Counted from the whole stretch's first letter, positions 1 through 12,387 are shown. The stretch is DNA of 63,674 bases, filler included, from Blastocystis sp. subtype 4 (GCF_000743755.1; 3 parts of 3 records of this genome joined end to end with filler, not necessarily neighbours in it), one strand, 5' to 3'. The notes: generated by a model from the letters alone, not told the origin. Translations and numbers: made by a program.

Positions 1-118
1 GTTCTGTGTGGATCTGTTGAAGGTGAGAATATGTAAAATGAATGAGCAATAGAACAATGGAGCTGAGTTTGTGTGTGGCGATGTTGCTTCTGTCCAATCG
101 CTTTTTAATATACAATGA
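1..118 (+). CDS. 3' end of a gene entering from the left, possibly a HAD-like hydrolase (…DLLK|NNGAEFVCGDVASVQSLFNIQ*)
   Basis: 30-nt GT-AG intron at 23-52, TGA at 116-118, TGTTTGTC motif at 127-134. The product guess is weak. Confidence 0.4.
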
Positions 119-142
119 ATGTTCTGTGTTTGTCAAACATGA

Positions 143-1485
143 TTAACCCTGATACTTCCATACTAACACTTGCTTTTCTTCAGTGCCCAAAACTGCGAAA
201 TATCGTCCATCAGGACTTGCACTCATATTCTTAATTGTAGTTCCAGCAATTGGATCAATAGAAGTGATCAACTCTCCTGTCATACAATTAAACATTGTAC
301 AATCCGTACCACTTGTCACCACAGCAATCTAATATTGACTCATCTTTCTACTGATACATCTTCTGTTGGGTGGAGTATAACATGTTTGGGTTCCTTCTTC
401 AATTCTACACGATTCAACAGACGAGGATCTTCTCTCAATTGATATCTTACATCGACGGTCCATATGTAGAAGCATCCATCTTTACTCACTACAGCCACAC
501 GATCATGTTGATCAAAGGACACATCATACACAGCACTACGAGGACCTGATAAGATCATGGCCTTTCCGAACTTCTGATACTCTCGTGATGCATTAGCACG
601 AGAGATAGCATACACCTTGGAATCAGAAGCAAAACTACCAGTAGCGAAGAAATCACGATGATAGTTAAACGCACTTCCATAGTTCTCAAGCTGAGCATTG
701 TCGATTCGAGCCTTCAACGAGCCAGAACTGTCATACAAACGTAGAACAGTATCCTTGTCTCCACATACAACAAGAATACACATACGATCCGTTGTTCCTG
801 AGACAAACAGATGCGTTGGATAATGGTTACGCTCTATTCATGAGAATGAGATTTGAGATCCACCAATTGGGAATTCCCTAAAGAGTGCCCCACCCTCCAT
901 GGAGAGACGATAAATACCAATCTGCTTACTGCTTCTGTAAGCACAGACCAAATAGCGGTTATCTTCAGAGAAATCCATGCATTCAACTTCTTCCAAGTTG
1001 GTACTGACTCGGATACATCTAGAACTTAATCTACATCCTTGAAAGCCACTTTGGATTAGCAGAAGTCAATGTAGAAACAATATATACACGAATCGATCGA
1101 TCTGTACTCGCAGTTGCAATCAATTTACCATCACGACTCCAGCAAAAACATGTTACAGGTTCAAAATGTCCCCTTAATGCGCCAACAAAGAGTTCATGTT
1201 TAGGAGTGAAGGACTAAAGATTATTCGAAATATGAATGGATGGCCTTGGGAGCTTTTGGTTTCAAACTCTTTACCTGTTTCTTAGGAACCTAAGAATGAA
1301 CTCCATTTCATATCTTCACTTTCTTCACTTGTTTCTCTTCTACCTTAGGTTCTTCTTTCCTTTCCTCTACAGGTTGAGGAGAATTCTTCCTATAGAAGAA
1401 AACGATTAACAGGGCAGGAACAACTACATATCAATGACAAATAAATCCATAAACGAATCGAAAATAATAATATAAGGATCGACAT
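143..1485 (-). CDS. TBL2: Transducin beta-like protein 2 (WD40 repeats with hydrophobic N-terminus)
   Basis: Spliced peptide MSILILLFSI…, then LFVGALRGHFEPV…WSRDGKLIATASTDRSIRVY and VSKDGCFYIWTVDVRYQLREDP. Several ~30-nt introns, one GC-AG (1244-1214). TAA at 145-143. Confidence 0.8.
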
Positions 1486-1556
1486 ATCAAGAATGATGGA
1501 GAAAATGAAAGCAAGTCAAAACCTACAAAGAGATCTAATGAAAGAAGATAATTGGA

Positions 1557-1645
1557 CCGAGCTTAGCTCAGTTGGTAGAGCGTTAGACTGTAGTGGCTGC
1601 TCCGCAGCAATCTAAGGGTCGCTGGTTCGATTCCTGCAGCTCGGA
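1557..1645 (+). tRNA. tRNA-Tyr(GTA) with 16-nt intron (1594-1609)
   Basis: Acceptor stem CCGAGCT/AGCTCGG, D arm GCTC/GAGC, anticodon stem TTAGA/TCTAA with GTA at 1590-1592, T loop GGTTCGATT, followed by a T6 Pol III terminator. 73 nt after splicing. Confidence 0.97.
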
Positions 1646-1681
1646 TTTTTTATTCTTTTCTTCACCCATTCTTTCTTTGAA

Positions 1682-3182
1682 ATGAGAGTGAAAACCATTT
1701 CTAGATCGAAAGATGACTACTTGAAACAAAAGGAGGGTGATATTGAAAAGGTCCATCACAACATCGATGAGAAGTACCATCCCTTTCAGCAGCAACGTGA
1801 AGTAGGAATCGTTATATGGCTTATCATCCATTTTAGTATGTGCGTGCATTGAATGCTGTGAAGTTGGAAAGAGTGTTTGCAAAACCCTTCATTGGAGCAC
1901 TTTCTGGTCATGCTGATGGTGTTTGGTGCACTTGTACCAATCCAAAGAGTCTTGTAGTGTTTTTTCGCGGTGTTGAAAGTTAGGTTCAATTTATATCAGG
2001 TGCTTGTGATGGAGAAATCCGTGTATGGGATTTACCAACACAAAAGACAGTGTTTAAGGTTCAAGCTCATCGTCGTTTTGTGAAGGGTCTTGTTTGTGAC
2101 CCTTCAGGCAAAACATTTTACTCTTGTAGTGATGATAAAACCATTAAGAGATATCGATTGGCTATGAGTGTCGATAATGTGAGAATGCGATGCTTCTTTG
2201 ACTGATAGCTTGGAGTGAAAGGAAAAGACTACAACCCCGATCCTCTTAGTGTGTGGTATGGGAAGGAGGGTTTTAACTACATCGATCACAGCTGGACTGA
2301 TGAAACTTTTGTGACGTGCAGTTCAGTTGTGAGTGTCTGGAATCCAGATCGTCAGGAGCCTATTCACAACTTCTCCTACGAAACCGAGTCGTTACTGAAA
2401 GCTCGGTTCAACCCTGCCGAAACTGGACTGTTGGCTGCCACCTCCAATGAGCGAGGTGTTCTTCTCTACGATATCCGCGTCTCATCAATTCTCCGTAAGG
2501 TACAGATGAGCATGGTCTCTAATGATATTGCTTGGAATCCCCGCGAACCTATGAATTTCACTGTGGTATGTTGAGAGAATGGTATTTAATGTAGGCGAAT
2601 GAGGACTATAATCTCTACACATTTGATATGCGAAATCTCAGTGCTCCACTTACAACGCACCATGATCATGTTGGAGCTGTTCTGGGTGTTGCTTACAGTA
2701 GCACAGGAAGAGAGTTTGTATCTGGAAGCTATGATAAAACACTACGAATTTGGAATGTCGGAAGTGCTCGTTCACGCGAAGTGTAGGTCTGAAATAAGTC
2801 TCTCATGACTAGCTATCACACACGACGAATGCAACGAATCTTCTGTGTGAATTTCTCTGCCGATGGGCGTTTCGTTCTTTCAGGAAGTGATGATACAAAT
2901 ATCCGTATTTGGAAGGCAAAGGCTTCTGCTCCATTATGTAAGGATCGAGAAAAGGATTGATTGTAGACAAACCAACTTATCGTGAAGAATCGAAACTAGA
3001 ATATATGGATAGTTTGAAGCGAAAGTATGCTTCGTTCCCTGAGATTAGTCGAATTGCAAGGTAGGGGAGAATTGGAGAATTGAATTATAGACATCGTCAT
3101 TTACCAAAGGTGATTAAGAAGATGAAAGACAAGGAAGAAAACCGGAAGAAGAAGGATGTAAAGGAATTCAATGAAAAGGAGT
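1682..3182 (+). CDS. DCAF13: DDB1/CUL4-associated factor 13 / Sof1 (U3 snoRNP WD40 protein); stop probably completed by polyadenylation
   Basis: MRVKTISRS start, AWNPREPMNF, YHTRRMQRIFCV, SGSDDTNIRIWKA, RHRHLPKVI. In-frame T3182 lies 4 nt before TGTTTGTT (3187-3194). Confidence 0.93.
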
Positions 3183-3206
3183 GTTGTGTTTGTTTGGAAA
3201 CACGAT
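3183..3206. terminator. Bidirectional 3'-end/polyadenylation cassette (TGTTTGTT on +, TGTTTCCA on -)
   Basis: NNNN-TGTTTGTT|TGGAAACA-NNNN between the last codons of two convergent genes. Confidence 0.75.
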
Positions 3207-3982
3207 ACATCTGACGTAATAGTTGTTCAAGATCTAAATCCTCTGTTGATTCTTCAGGAGAACCAACCGTACCCACAGGAACCAAACTCATTCCATCTAG
3301 CCGGACTCCAGCTACCTGCATCAGAATCTTGTTGACTTCCTCATCAGCCTCTTCTTCGACACTGATATCCGTATTTAACGTATCATCCATCATTTGCGTC
3401 ACCATTTCATTCTAGGATTCATACAGATGAACTTTTAACACCTTCGCTTGTTGTCTTTGATACTCAGCTGCCGTCTTCATAACGCCTGAGGAATCCATCT
3501 CCCTATCCGTAATCTCCATTCTAATCTCAAACTTGTTCATTGCACCCATTGTGGCAGATGCACCTGCCATAGCAGTTCCAATAATCTTATTAGCTAGATG
3601 ATACAACGAACATACTTCGTACTTTCTGCTTCACGAATCTTGTCTTCAACAAGATGTAACTTGTTCTACACTAACAGACGCATGTATCGCTTACGATAGC
3701 TGCTTCCATTCGACTTATACTCTTTTGAAACGACATTCGGCGTTGGCAGAGAATGGTGAGTTCCGATTTCCTACAACCCTAACTATGATCATTCCTTTGT
3801 AACATTACCTTGGCTGCTTTTGCTCGAATCTCATTATCAACTCTACTCATTTCTCTGTGTAATTCTAATTATGGCTTTAAATACGCATATCAACTTTTTG
3901 AAGCTGAATCCAATGTACGAATACTACTGCGAATCTTCTGAGTAGGCGTCATCTCTGGTTCAGGTACTTTCTTCTTCCACAT
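3207..3982 (-). CDS. ESCRT-III Snf7-family protein (CHMP2/Vps2-like), paralog A; stop probably completed by polyadenylation
   Basis: MWKKK…TQKIRSSIRTLD, AMAGASATMGAMN, MMDDTL…EEEADEEVNKIL, ending LEQLLRQM + T3207 with TGTTTCCA 4 nt downstream. Confidence 0.75.
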
Positions 3983-4046
3983 GAGTATGAAATTAAATAA
4001 TTGTAATGACAGAGTAAAGATCAGTTTAAGTAATCGAACAAACAGC

Positions 4047-4807
4047 TTACTCAACGGCCAATCCATTTTCCCGTAACCATTTTTCAACATCAATGTCTTC
4101 TTGTTTGACTTTAGGTTGACCTGCGGGGACAAGAGACATGCCATTCAATTGGATGCCTGCAACTTCCATCAATACTTTATTTATTTCGTCGTCTTCTTCT
4201 TCTTCGAGGTTGGGATCCATTCCTGACATAATACTATCCATTTCGTTCTGAATCATTTCACTCTGCGAATTATATAGATTTCTTATGCTCACTCTGTGCA
4301 ATTCTCTCTCCCAATCCGCATTGACACTTCTCAATTCCGCAGGATTCAACATACTACAAATCAATACGTCCAAATACGTATACTCGTTGATCATTTTCAT
4401 TTGCTCAGTAAGTTTCTTCTGCGTTTCCAAAAGCATCTTATTTACTATGAATCGTTATCTTAATTTACTTGTACTTCGAGCGTTCTCAATCATACTGTTC
4501 ATTCCACTACACATCGACTATCCCTCAATCAACAGTCAAATACTTACAGCCTGTTTTTGAATTCGTCCCAACTGTTCTTGTAAACTCTTATATCGCTTTG
4601 CTAGAGCCACCATCCCAGCTCGATCACCCTATAGCTTATTATCAGGATTCAATCCAACAGCTGCAACTTTCTGCTTGATTTGCTCAGATAGGCTATTCAT
4701 TTGTCGCTGCACATCTACATTACTCAACAAACTATGAATTAAATACCAGCTGCTTGATGATCTAGTTGATGTAGAACTGCCCTTGAATCAAACTGCGGCT
4801 GACTCAT
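4047..4807 (-). CDS. ESCRT-III Snf7-family protein, divergent tandem paralog B
   Basis: MIQNEMDSIM…EEEDDEINKVLMEVAGIQLNGMSLVP closely resembles paralog A. Genomic TAA followed by GC-TGTTTGTT. Start approximate. Confidence 0.7.
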
Positions 4808-5099
4808 TGAAAGAAAAATCTGTAAAATTGTTAACTGAGGAATACACTTGATATCAAAACGTATAGTGATTCAGGTCAATTTAGAAGGCCTCTTATTCTT
4901 TATCTCTTCACTTCTCACTATATTGTTATTTCTGCCTCCAACGAAGAATGAGCCATCTTCATTTTGTAGAACACTTTGTTCAAAGACAAATCCTCCATCT
5001 CCAATCCATCTAGAATCATATTTTAACTCTCACTGTTGTATATTCAACTCTTTGTAGGATTCTATCACAAAACGAACCATTCGATTCTTCAGGGAAGGA

Positions 5100-8000
5100 A
5101 TGCAAGTGTTCCGGGAGATTCCATTTTTTGAGTGGAGTGATACTGAATCAATTGTGGATGTTCCCGTACCTTTTTCAGGTGATGAAGTCCTGAACTGCTA
5201 TAGTTTGTAGTTTCTATGAATATTCAATCCATAGATTCCAAAGAAAAGAAGGGTTGTGGAGTTGTGGATATCCCATTCCTTCCTTCTCAGCAATCGCATT
5301 CTAAACTGTTAGTTTTGTTCTTGATCCTAATATTTAGCTTTTTATCATGGCGGTTTCTACAACGGGTACTGATTGTACAAGAACATTGGGAATACGGAAA
5401 TAACTCGAACAAGTATCGTTTTCAGTTTCCTTGTGGGTTGATGAGGTGTTTGGTAAACTTAAGGTTCCATTGTTCAAAGAGTCTACTTTGCCCCCAAAGA
5501 GAACACTGTTACATTAAATGTGATCACAGAAGATGGTATCCTCTTCAACCAATTTCTTATGTAGATTTCCTTTATTCCTGTGAAGGAAGGATTTATCAAG
5601 ATACTCTGACATTTTCAGAGGTTCAGCAAAGAAAATTGGACACAGAAACGAATTATCTTCAACAATCCTCGTTGACAAAGATTCTTTGGAGTCCAACCTC
5701 TATTCTTCGTTTAATGGATCACGATTTTGCTCTTTTAAATTACAAGAACATGGGAACAATGATCCTTCAAAACAATCAATTCAAACTTACACGCGTTCTG
5801 CAGTCCCTGTTACATACTTCTTCAAAGATTCTTGATATTGCTCAGCAAGATGATCGCCTATTTTTCCTCTATGATTCCTTAGAACTCCAAATGTATTCCC
5901 TCTCCTCTCATTCATGGAAGTCTTATCATCGAATTCCTTTGTAATCAATTAGCAGATCTCTAAATCATAGACCTGAATCCTATCGTTATTCTATTCCTGT
6001 TCAATCTGCATTAATCACAACATGTGATTCTTATCTTTGTGTCTCTTTAAATAGTGGATTTGAAGTTAATCAATAGTACAGTCCTTTCTCTCGATCAAAT
6101 CTAGTGTGCTTCTTTATCAACTCTCTTCATCTCTTTCTCTCCTAACTACTGTCCCTCTTCCTCAGTCGCATTCTGTACGTATTCTTACTCTCTCTCATCT
6201 AGACTCTTACACATCCAAATCCCCTCCTTCCTCATACCCAACCCTTGTCTCCCATGGCTTCTATAACTCAACTCCTTCTCCTTCACCCCTCCCTCACAGA
6301 GGTATTGGAGCTCTGGATTGTATGGAAAGTACCTCAAGGAAGATATTCAATCTCTCACTCCCTCATTGATACTCAGAATAACCAATCATGGATTGAACTC
6401 TCAGCTGCGGACGATGCACTCTGTTTACTGAGCAATGTAGATTGGATGGATCATTCTACAGGATCTGAAAAGGATATGAATTTGTACTATTCTTCATTAC
6501 TCCAAAATTCGGTTCTTTTTTCGCATACGGCTCTATTGGATCATATTGTCCCATTCTCAGATCCAATCGATTATATCAATAATCAACCTCTCTCGGTAGT
6601 TTCATCGGATGAAACTCCTCTTCATCAACGCAATGATCTATGGTTGTGTCTTCTTCGTGATCTGTTGTATCGTGATGAAGCCATCTACGAAGTAACTCCC
6701 TGTTCACTTCATATTCACAGGCAATCTGATCAAGTGTCTGTTGCTTCTGCACTCCTCGTGGTCCATTGGTATCGATTGTGTTCTCTCCAGTTTGCAGAGA
6801 GTGCTGAGATTGAGGAATACGAGGATTTGTTGGATGCCCAATCTGCCTCTGTCATTGACACAGCTAATCTGTTAATGAGCCATCTCTCCAATCATCACAG
6901 TTATCCTGACTGGAGTCACTTACTCTCCATTCAATTCCAGGCTGATTCAGAAGTAAGTGAGAGACTCCATCAGCTGACAGAGGATGAGCTGTTGCTCACA
7001 CTTCATACTCTCATTCATTCGCTTTCTCTTCCTGTTATTTCATCCACTCCTACTTCCTCATCCTCCGCTGTGATTGGTATTGCGTCTGCTAACTTCGTTC
7101 TTTCTCAAGTGATCCGAAATGCATACACACTTTATCATCGTTCACTTCCTCTCTTCTGTTTGGTTCTCCTTCTTCAATCCCAATTCCCGCGGTTATCAGA
7201 GAATTTGGATACAATGAAACGGTGTTGTATGGAGGTTCTTCTGGTGATTCTCTTCTTTCTCTCTCATTTCTAGCGCTATTCTGGCCTTCTACAAATATAC
7301 ACCCTATTTCTAACAAATCCAGAATACACAACAAATTCTGGTTTGACAATAAAAGGAGCAATATTTGGTTTCTATGAAAATCTCATTTATCATGAATCGA
7401 ACACCTATGAACAGGCAGATGACCGACAATGGCTTCACTACGTCCTTCAGCGTATTACAAGATTTGAAGAAGGAGTGAGTGAATTAGACAGTTTATGATG
7501 AATTAGAGCTTATGTGACTTTCTTCGCAAGCAAAAGCAATATGAAATATTGCTAGTCTTTATTCGTCCTTCTGCGCAACATGCAACCATATTTTCGGATG
7601 CTAAAATAGTTCTGAAATTGGCATATGAAGCTTCTCTTGCTACTCAGGGTGAGTTGAGTGAAGAAGCAGAATCCTATGCCAAACAATTGATAGAGATTCA
7701 GAAAGATGAAGAGACCATGTTGTCTCTAATTCAAATCACTTATCAATTGGGATATCCAAGTAAGTGGCTTTGATCTCTCTTCACTAGATCTCACACAAAA
7801 GTGGTGTGAACTGTATCTCGATGTAATGCCTCCAGAGAGTCCCTCATATTCTCGAGTTCAAACAATTGTCCAGTTATTTTGGAATTACTCATTTCTAGCT
7901 CTTTAGAGCCTTCCTCTCAAATAAGCAAGTGTTGAAAGCGGCGACTGTTCTTCGCTCAATATCATATTCTGAGGCTTGTAAGCATCTCTCTCTTCTCATT

Positions 8001-9088
8001 GACACTTGTTGTGATTATGATCTTCTCCCCGCGGTTATCCACTTTGAGTTCGAAGTAGGGATGATTCGAATTTGTAATGATAGAGCCTTCAACCTGATTT
8101 CGAGTTGGCTCTCATAGCAGCTTGTCATTCTCATGCTGTTACTTCTCCCATCTTCTTCTCGAGTTATACGTACTTTCGAGAGCAGACCAAAGACCATCTC
8201 ATGCTTCTTCCTCTGTATATTCTCTTTGTGAAGTTACGAGAGGAGTCACCTCCCAATAAGAAGGGTCTCAAAGCCAATCTCCAACAACAGATTCAGATTC
8301 TCTCACTGATTGTAGCCTTATTGCAAGAGTTACCTCCTTCAGAACGATGGATTTGTGAGAATGAAAAGAAAATGATGAATGAGGATGATGCTACTTCATC
8401 ATTACTACTCCTACAAGCTCAATGTGTGTTGATTGAATCTGATTTGGATCTGGAAACGCCAGAAGAGATCATTCAAGCACTGATTGAAGCAAAGTCTTAT
8501 TGGCTGGCACTTCAAGTAGCCAATCAGATCCAATTCCCAAAATCACAAATTGCTTCGATTTTTGTCTCGAAGTTGGATACAGCCGATTCTGATTTGATGA
8601 ATGCATGTAATGAACTCTTACGAGGTGATTCCACTGGAAGTGCTCTTTGTGGTTTTGTCAAAGCTCTTCTTGATAAGGATAGGGAGATTGCTCTTCCGGG
8701 ATGTGTTCATGAGAGTTTCCGAATCCTCCTGGAAGAGAAGAGGAGTGTGACGACACCAGTAGTGACTCTGCTTCTGGAGTATGGACGAGTAGAAGACTGT
8801 AGTCAGTTTGTAGGAATGACTGCGTTGAATGAGAGATAGATGTGTGTGTCGTTGGAGATTGCATTGAAACAGAGTCTGAACCGCGTATTCATTCCCTTAC
8901 AATTTGTGTATCAGTTGCAAGCAATTCTCGAGAGTGTATCAGATTGTGAAGCCATATCAAATGTATGTCAAGAAACGATGCGTTGTAGGACTAAGAGAAT
9001 GGTGTGAGAATAGATTGGAAAAAACGACTTGAACAACTTACGAATGAATATGAGGAAACAACGAAGCATCTAAAACTAGAATTCATTT
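5100..9088 (+). CDS. Large multi-exon protein, probable nucleoporin Nup160/Nup120-like; stop probably completed by polyadenylation
   Basis: Chain of long + ORFs joined by ~30-nt introns. Beta-rich N-terminus then helical solenoid; C-terminal EIIQALIEAKSYWLA…LLLEYGRVEDC resembles Nup160. In-frame T9088 + GTAA + TGTTTGTA. Confidence 0.5.
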
Positions 9089-9112
9089 GTAATGTTTGTA
9101 AATAAACAGATG
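9089..9112. terminator. Bidirectional 3'-end cassette (TGTTTGTA on +, TGTTTATT on -)
   Basis: NNNN-TGTTTGTA|AATAAACA-NNNN, the same 24-nt geometry as 3183-3206. Confidence 0.75.
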
Positions 9113-12000
9113 ACGCATCAATCTGACACGTTCCAAATAGCATGACAAGTTTCTTCATAGTCGACAACTCTCTATAGTAGGCAATATTGCAATCCGGTTG
9201 AAAAGCATGAGTGAAGTAACGATAACAAGCTTTATCCTTTCTCTTTTGACGGCTGGCAGACTGTCGAATCGCATTCAAATACAAATCATTGTGAGAACTC
9301 AACTCCCATGCAACTGCTCGTAGTGATTGGAGAATCACTTCTCCAGCTGTAAAAACTGGACACGTTTTGACCTTAAACCAGCAAGGACCATAATTTGGGT
9401 TCGAATAAATGCATTTCCGAATAATCGAGTGAAAATCACCGCTCATGAGAAGCTGATACACAACCCAAGTATTCACAGAACTAGCCAAAAGAGTGAAACC
9501 TCGCGATGTAAGCATGCTCAATCGTAACGCCTATATCTCATGATAACCATCAATTGATACTTCAATAAAACTGTCACCATACTGAGGTGTGAAGAACACA
9601 GCTAAATTCAAGCACTTTGCTGCATTTTTGAGCGAGAACAAGGATGAACAAGGGTTTAGAAAGATTCTCGCTCCTTCACACCATACTTCACCTGATTTCG
9701 CCACAAACTGCAATGAATATACGAATATACAGAATGCTAGGGATGGGCCACACGATCTAACAATCAGATCTTGGTAGAGAATGTACTGATGAAGCAACTG
9801 AATCATAGATGACCATACCCGACCTGCCCCGCGGTTATTAACAACAAGCTGATAATTAAGATGAACTGCTCCTAACAGATCACCTTCTCGAAGTCTCTGC
9901 TGAATAGACTCCAAACCCAACTTCCATTCTGTGTGAACAGACCGATGTCCGTAATCCAAAATGGATTTGGCCGTGATTGAATCTCCCCAAAATGCATGTA
10001 GACGAGCCATCTCGAAAAAGATGGGGTGAGCATTTCGAGTCATTACGATAGAAGCAACGTGTGCAAATATCTATGATAAGAGATGACGAGAGAACAAACA
10101 TGACGAGCTGTTGCTCGATCTGTTGAAAAGACACTGAGACGAGCTGCTAGAAGCCAGACTTTCCAACGAAGATTCCGTGGACACAATCGCAATGAACACG
10201 CTGTATAGTACTTAGCAATGTGCAGAATCCGTCTGCCACAAGAATGAAAGGGTTTCACTCGATCAATGTTCTTCGTAACCGAAAGGAGGAGTTGTACATA
10301 GGTGTGAAGATACATCTGGGCTGCGATAAAGAAAACCTTCCATCGGAGCTCATGAGAGATCGTTAGAAGTGCCTCTGCATAACTCTTCAGCAATAGCATT
10401 GGACGGATTCGCCCCTCCATATCGTGGTGTTCCCAGAGGACCACAAGAAGGTGTTCTTGTTCCTGAAAGGAAAAGAACCATAAAGGACCATGTTTGGGAT
10501 ACATATGCGAATACATATGTGAAAGAGAAAGAGCCTGCTGATAGTCAATCGACCGATGAACAAACAAGATATGATTCAAAGCAAGATTCCCTTGCTTTCC
10601 CAAATGACTAAAAACTAACTTTTCAAACACGTTATTCACATGAATTGTATCTCCCAATTTCGCAGCAATCAAACAGGCTTCTACAAGCACTTTTAGACAG
10701 TTAAAATCTTCACGTTTCTGCAATTTGAAGAGAATCGCTAACACTCCCTCTAAACAGTTGAAGCGCTCTTCGATAAGAAGTGCTCGACTCACAATTCCAT
10801 AGTCCTCAAAGTGATCTTGAAGAGAGGAATTCAGAAGGATTCGGGCAGATACAAATTCACCACAATTTAAGAGAAAATGAACCTGGTTCAGAATGTCTTT
10901 ACCATCCAAAATGGTTAGTTGCATATCTGATCCTGAATGACTTGAAAGAGGTTGATCATCTGCGTCTCCACATGTACTCTCTGGGAGGTTCATCCTAGAT
11001 TTCATGGTATTATGACGCAAATGTCGAGAGTAACTAGAACATTCATCAATAGATTCCGTAGCAGAAGAACTTTCCAGAGAACCAGAGTACACAGAAGACG
11101 AGCAATGGGAAGGAAGATGTGATGAATCAGATTGATCCAAATCAGAATCTCCTGAAAGAAACTGATCTGAACCATGATGGAATGCTAAAGGATCAAGAGA
11201 TAGGTGCGACAACGGAATTCCATCAGACTCATCCCCATAGGATCCACATCTATTTCTCTCCTCTCTGTATAGAACTGGGTCACTTCGCGTTCCCGAAATG
11301 ATACAATCACTTTCATAAGAACCCACACCTGAATCATCCCGCGGGAAAAAGGAACAACAAGGATTCAAAGAAGTAACCTTGTTGTGGGAAAATTCCCGTC
11401 GCTCCAAATCTACTCGATCTGACTGTACTAAAACGCCTAATCATCAGGACTACGCCATTTCCTCACCATGATCGATTGATGACTGATTCTCTAGAGAAGG
11501 CAATCCAGCACTCTCATCAATAGAATTTGGACTACCAGAAGACACTGAGGAAAAAACAGATCTAGGATTACGAGGAACAACTGGGTCTATCATCTATTCA
11601 AGAGAGAAGCACTACTTGTGGAAGTCGATCTGCGTTCATCAGGAATCATAATGGCAGTAGCCATTGGATCACTCGAATTCAAATCCTGTACCGTTGAAAA
11701 CGAACTGTCTGTCAACTATGAAATCATTTCAACGATCCAACTCGTTACGGAAGAAGGATTACGTTTTCCAGAATCTGTTCCCTTTAAACGTTCACGAACA
11801 AACGACTCATCTCCATGACTCAGTTCTATCGAAGGCCAAGAGCTACATGAAAACAACTTGCAGAATCGATACAGAAAAGTAGTGTCCTGCTCGACAGTTT
11901 GCTCCTCATCGTCAACAGAGTAGAAACAACTCTAGAAGTTAAAACTAAGATATAATTGTCTACATATCTCTGTCTTCGCATTTTCCATGCAGAAATCGTA
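9113..12000 (-). CDS. TPR/HAT-repeat protein with Ser-rich disordered N-terminus; stop probably completed by polyadenylation (start uncertain)
   Basis: HGPLWF, NLRWKVWLLAARL, KSGEVWCEGARI, AVFFTPQYGDSFIE, CIYSNPNYGPCWF. Ends QIDA + T9113 + CATC + TGTTTATT. Confidence 0.7.
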
Positions 12001-12387
12001 AATTGCAGATCACAAGATACGCAAGCGAGCTAAATGATACAACAATGACTAGTAAAAGCAACATGTTCGCGGGAATTCTCTAATGAATTGGTGCATCCAA
12101 TCATCTTTGAGTGGAGGATTTCTCCACTGGGCTTTTTAACCAGTACATACTTTTTTGATGAGTAGTTTAGATCGGAGTGATGTACCTTGTTTGCGAAGAG
12201 TATAATGTAGGAGGTCAACGATCAAGTGGAAGACATAAAGGAGATGCAGAAAAGTGGATATTGGACGTACCCTATCATCATTCTGTAGATTCTGACTTGA
12301 GACCTTCTTTAGAGAGTGCTACTCAAGAAGATTCTTGTTCTGAGTGTTTTGTAGTTGAATCTAGTTGTTTGATAGGGATAGGATAAT

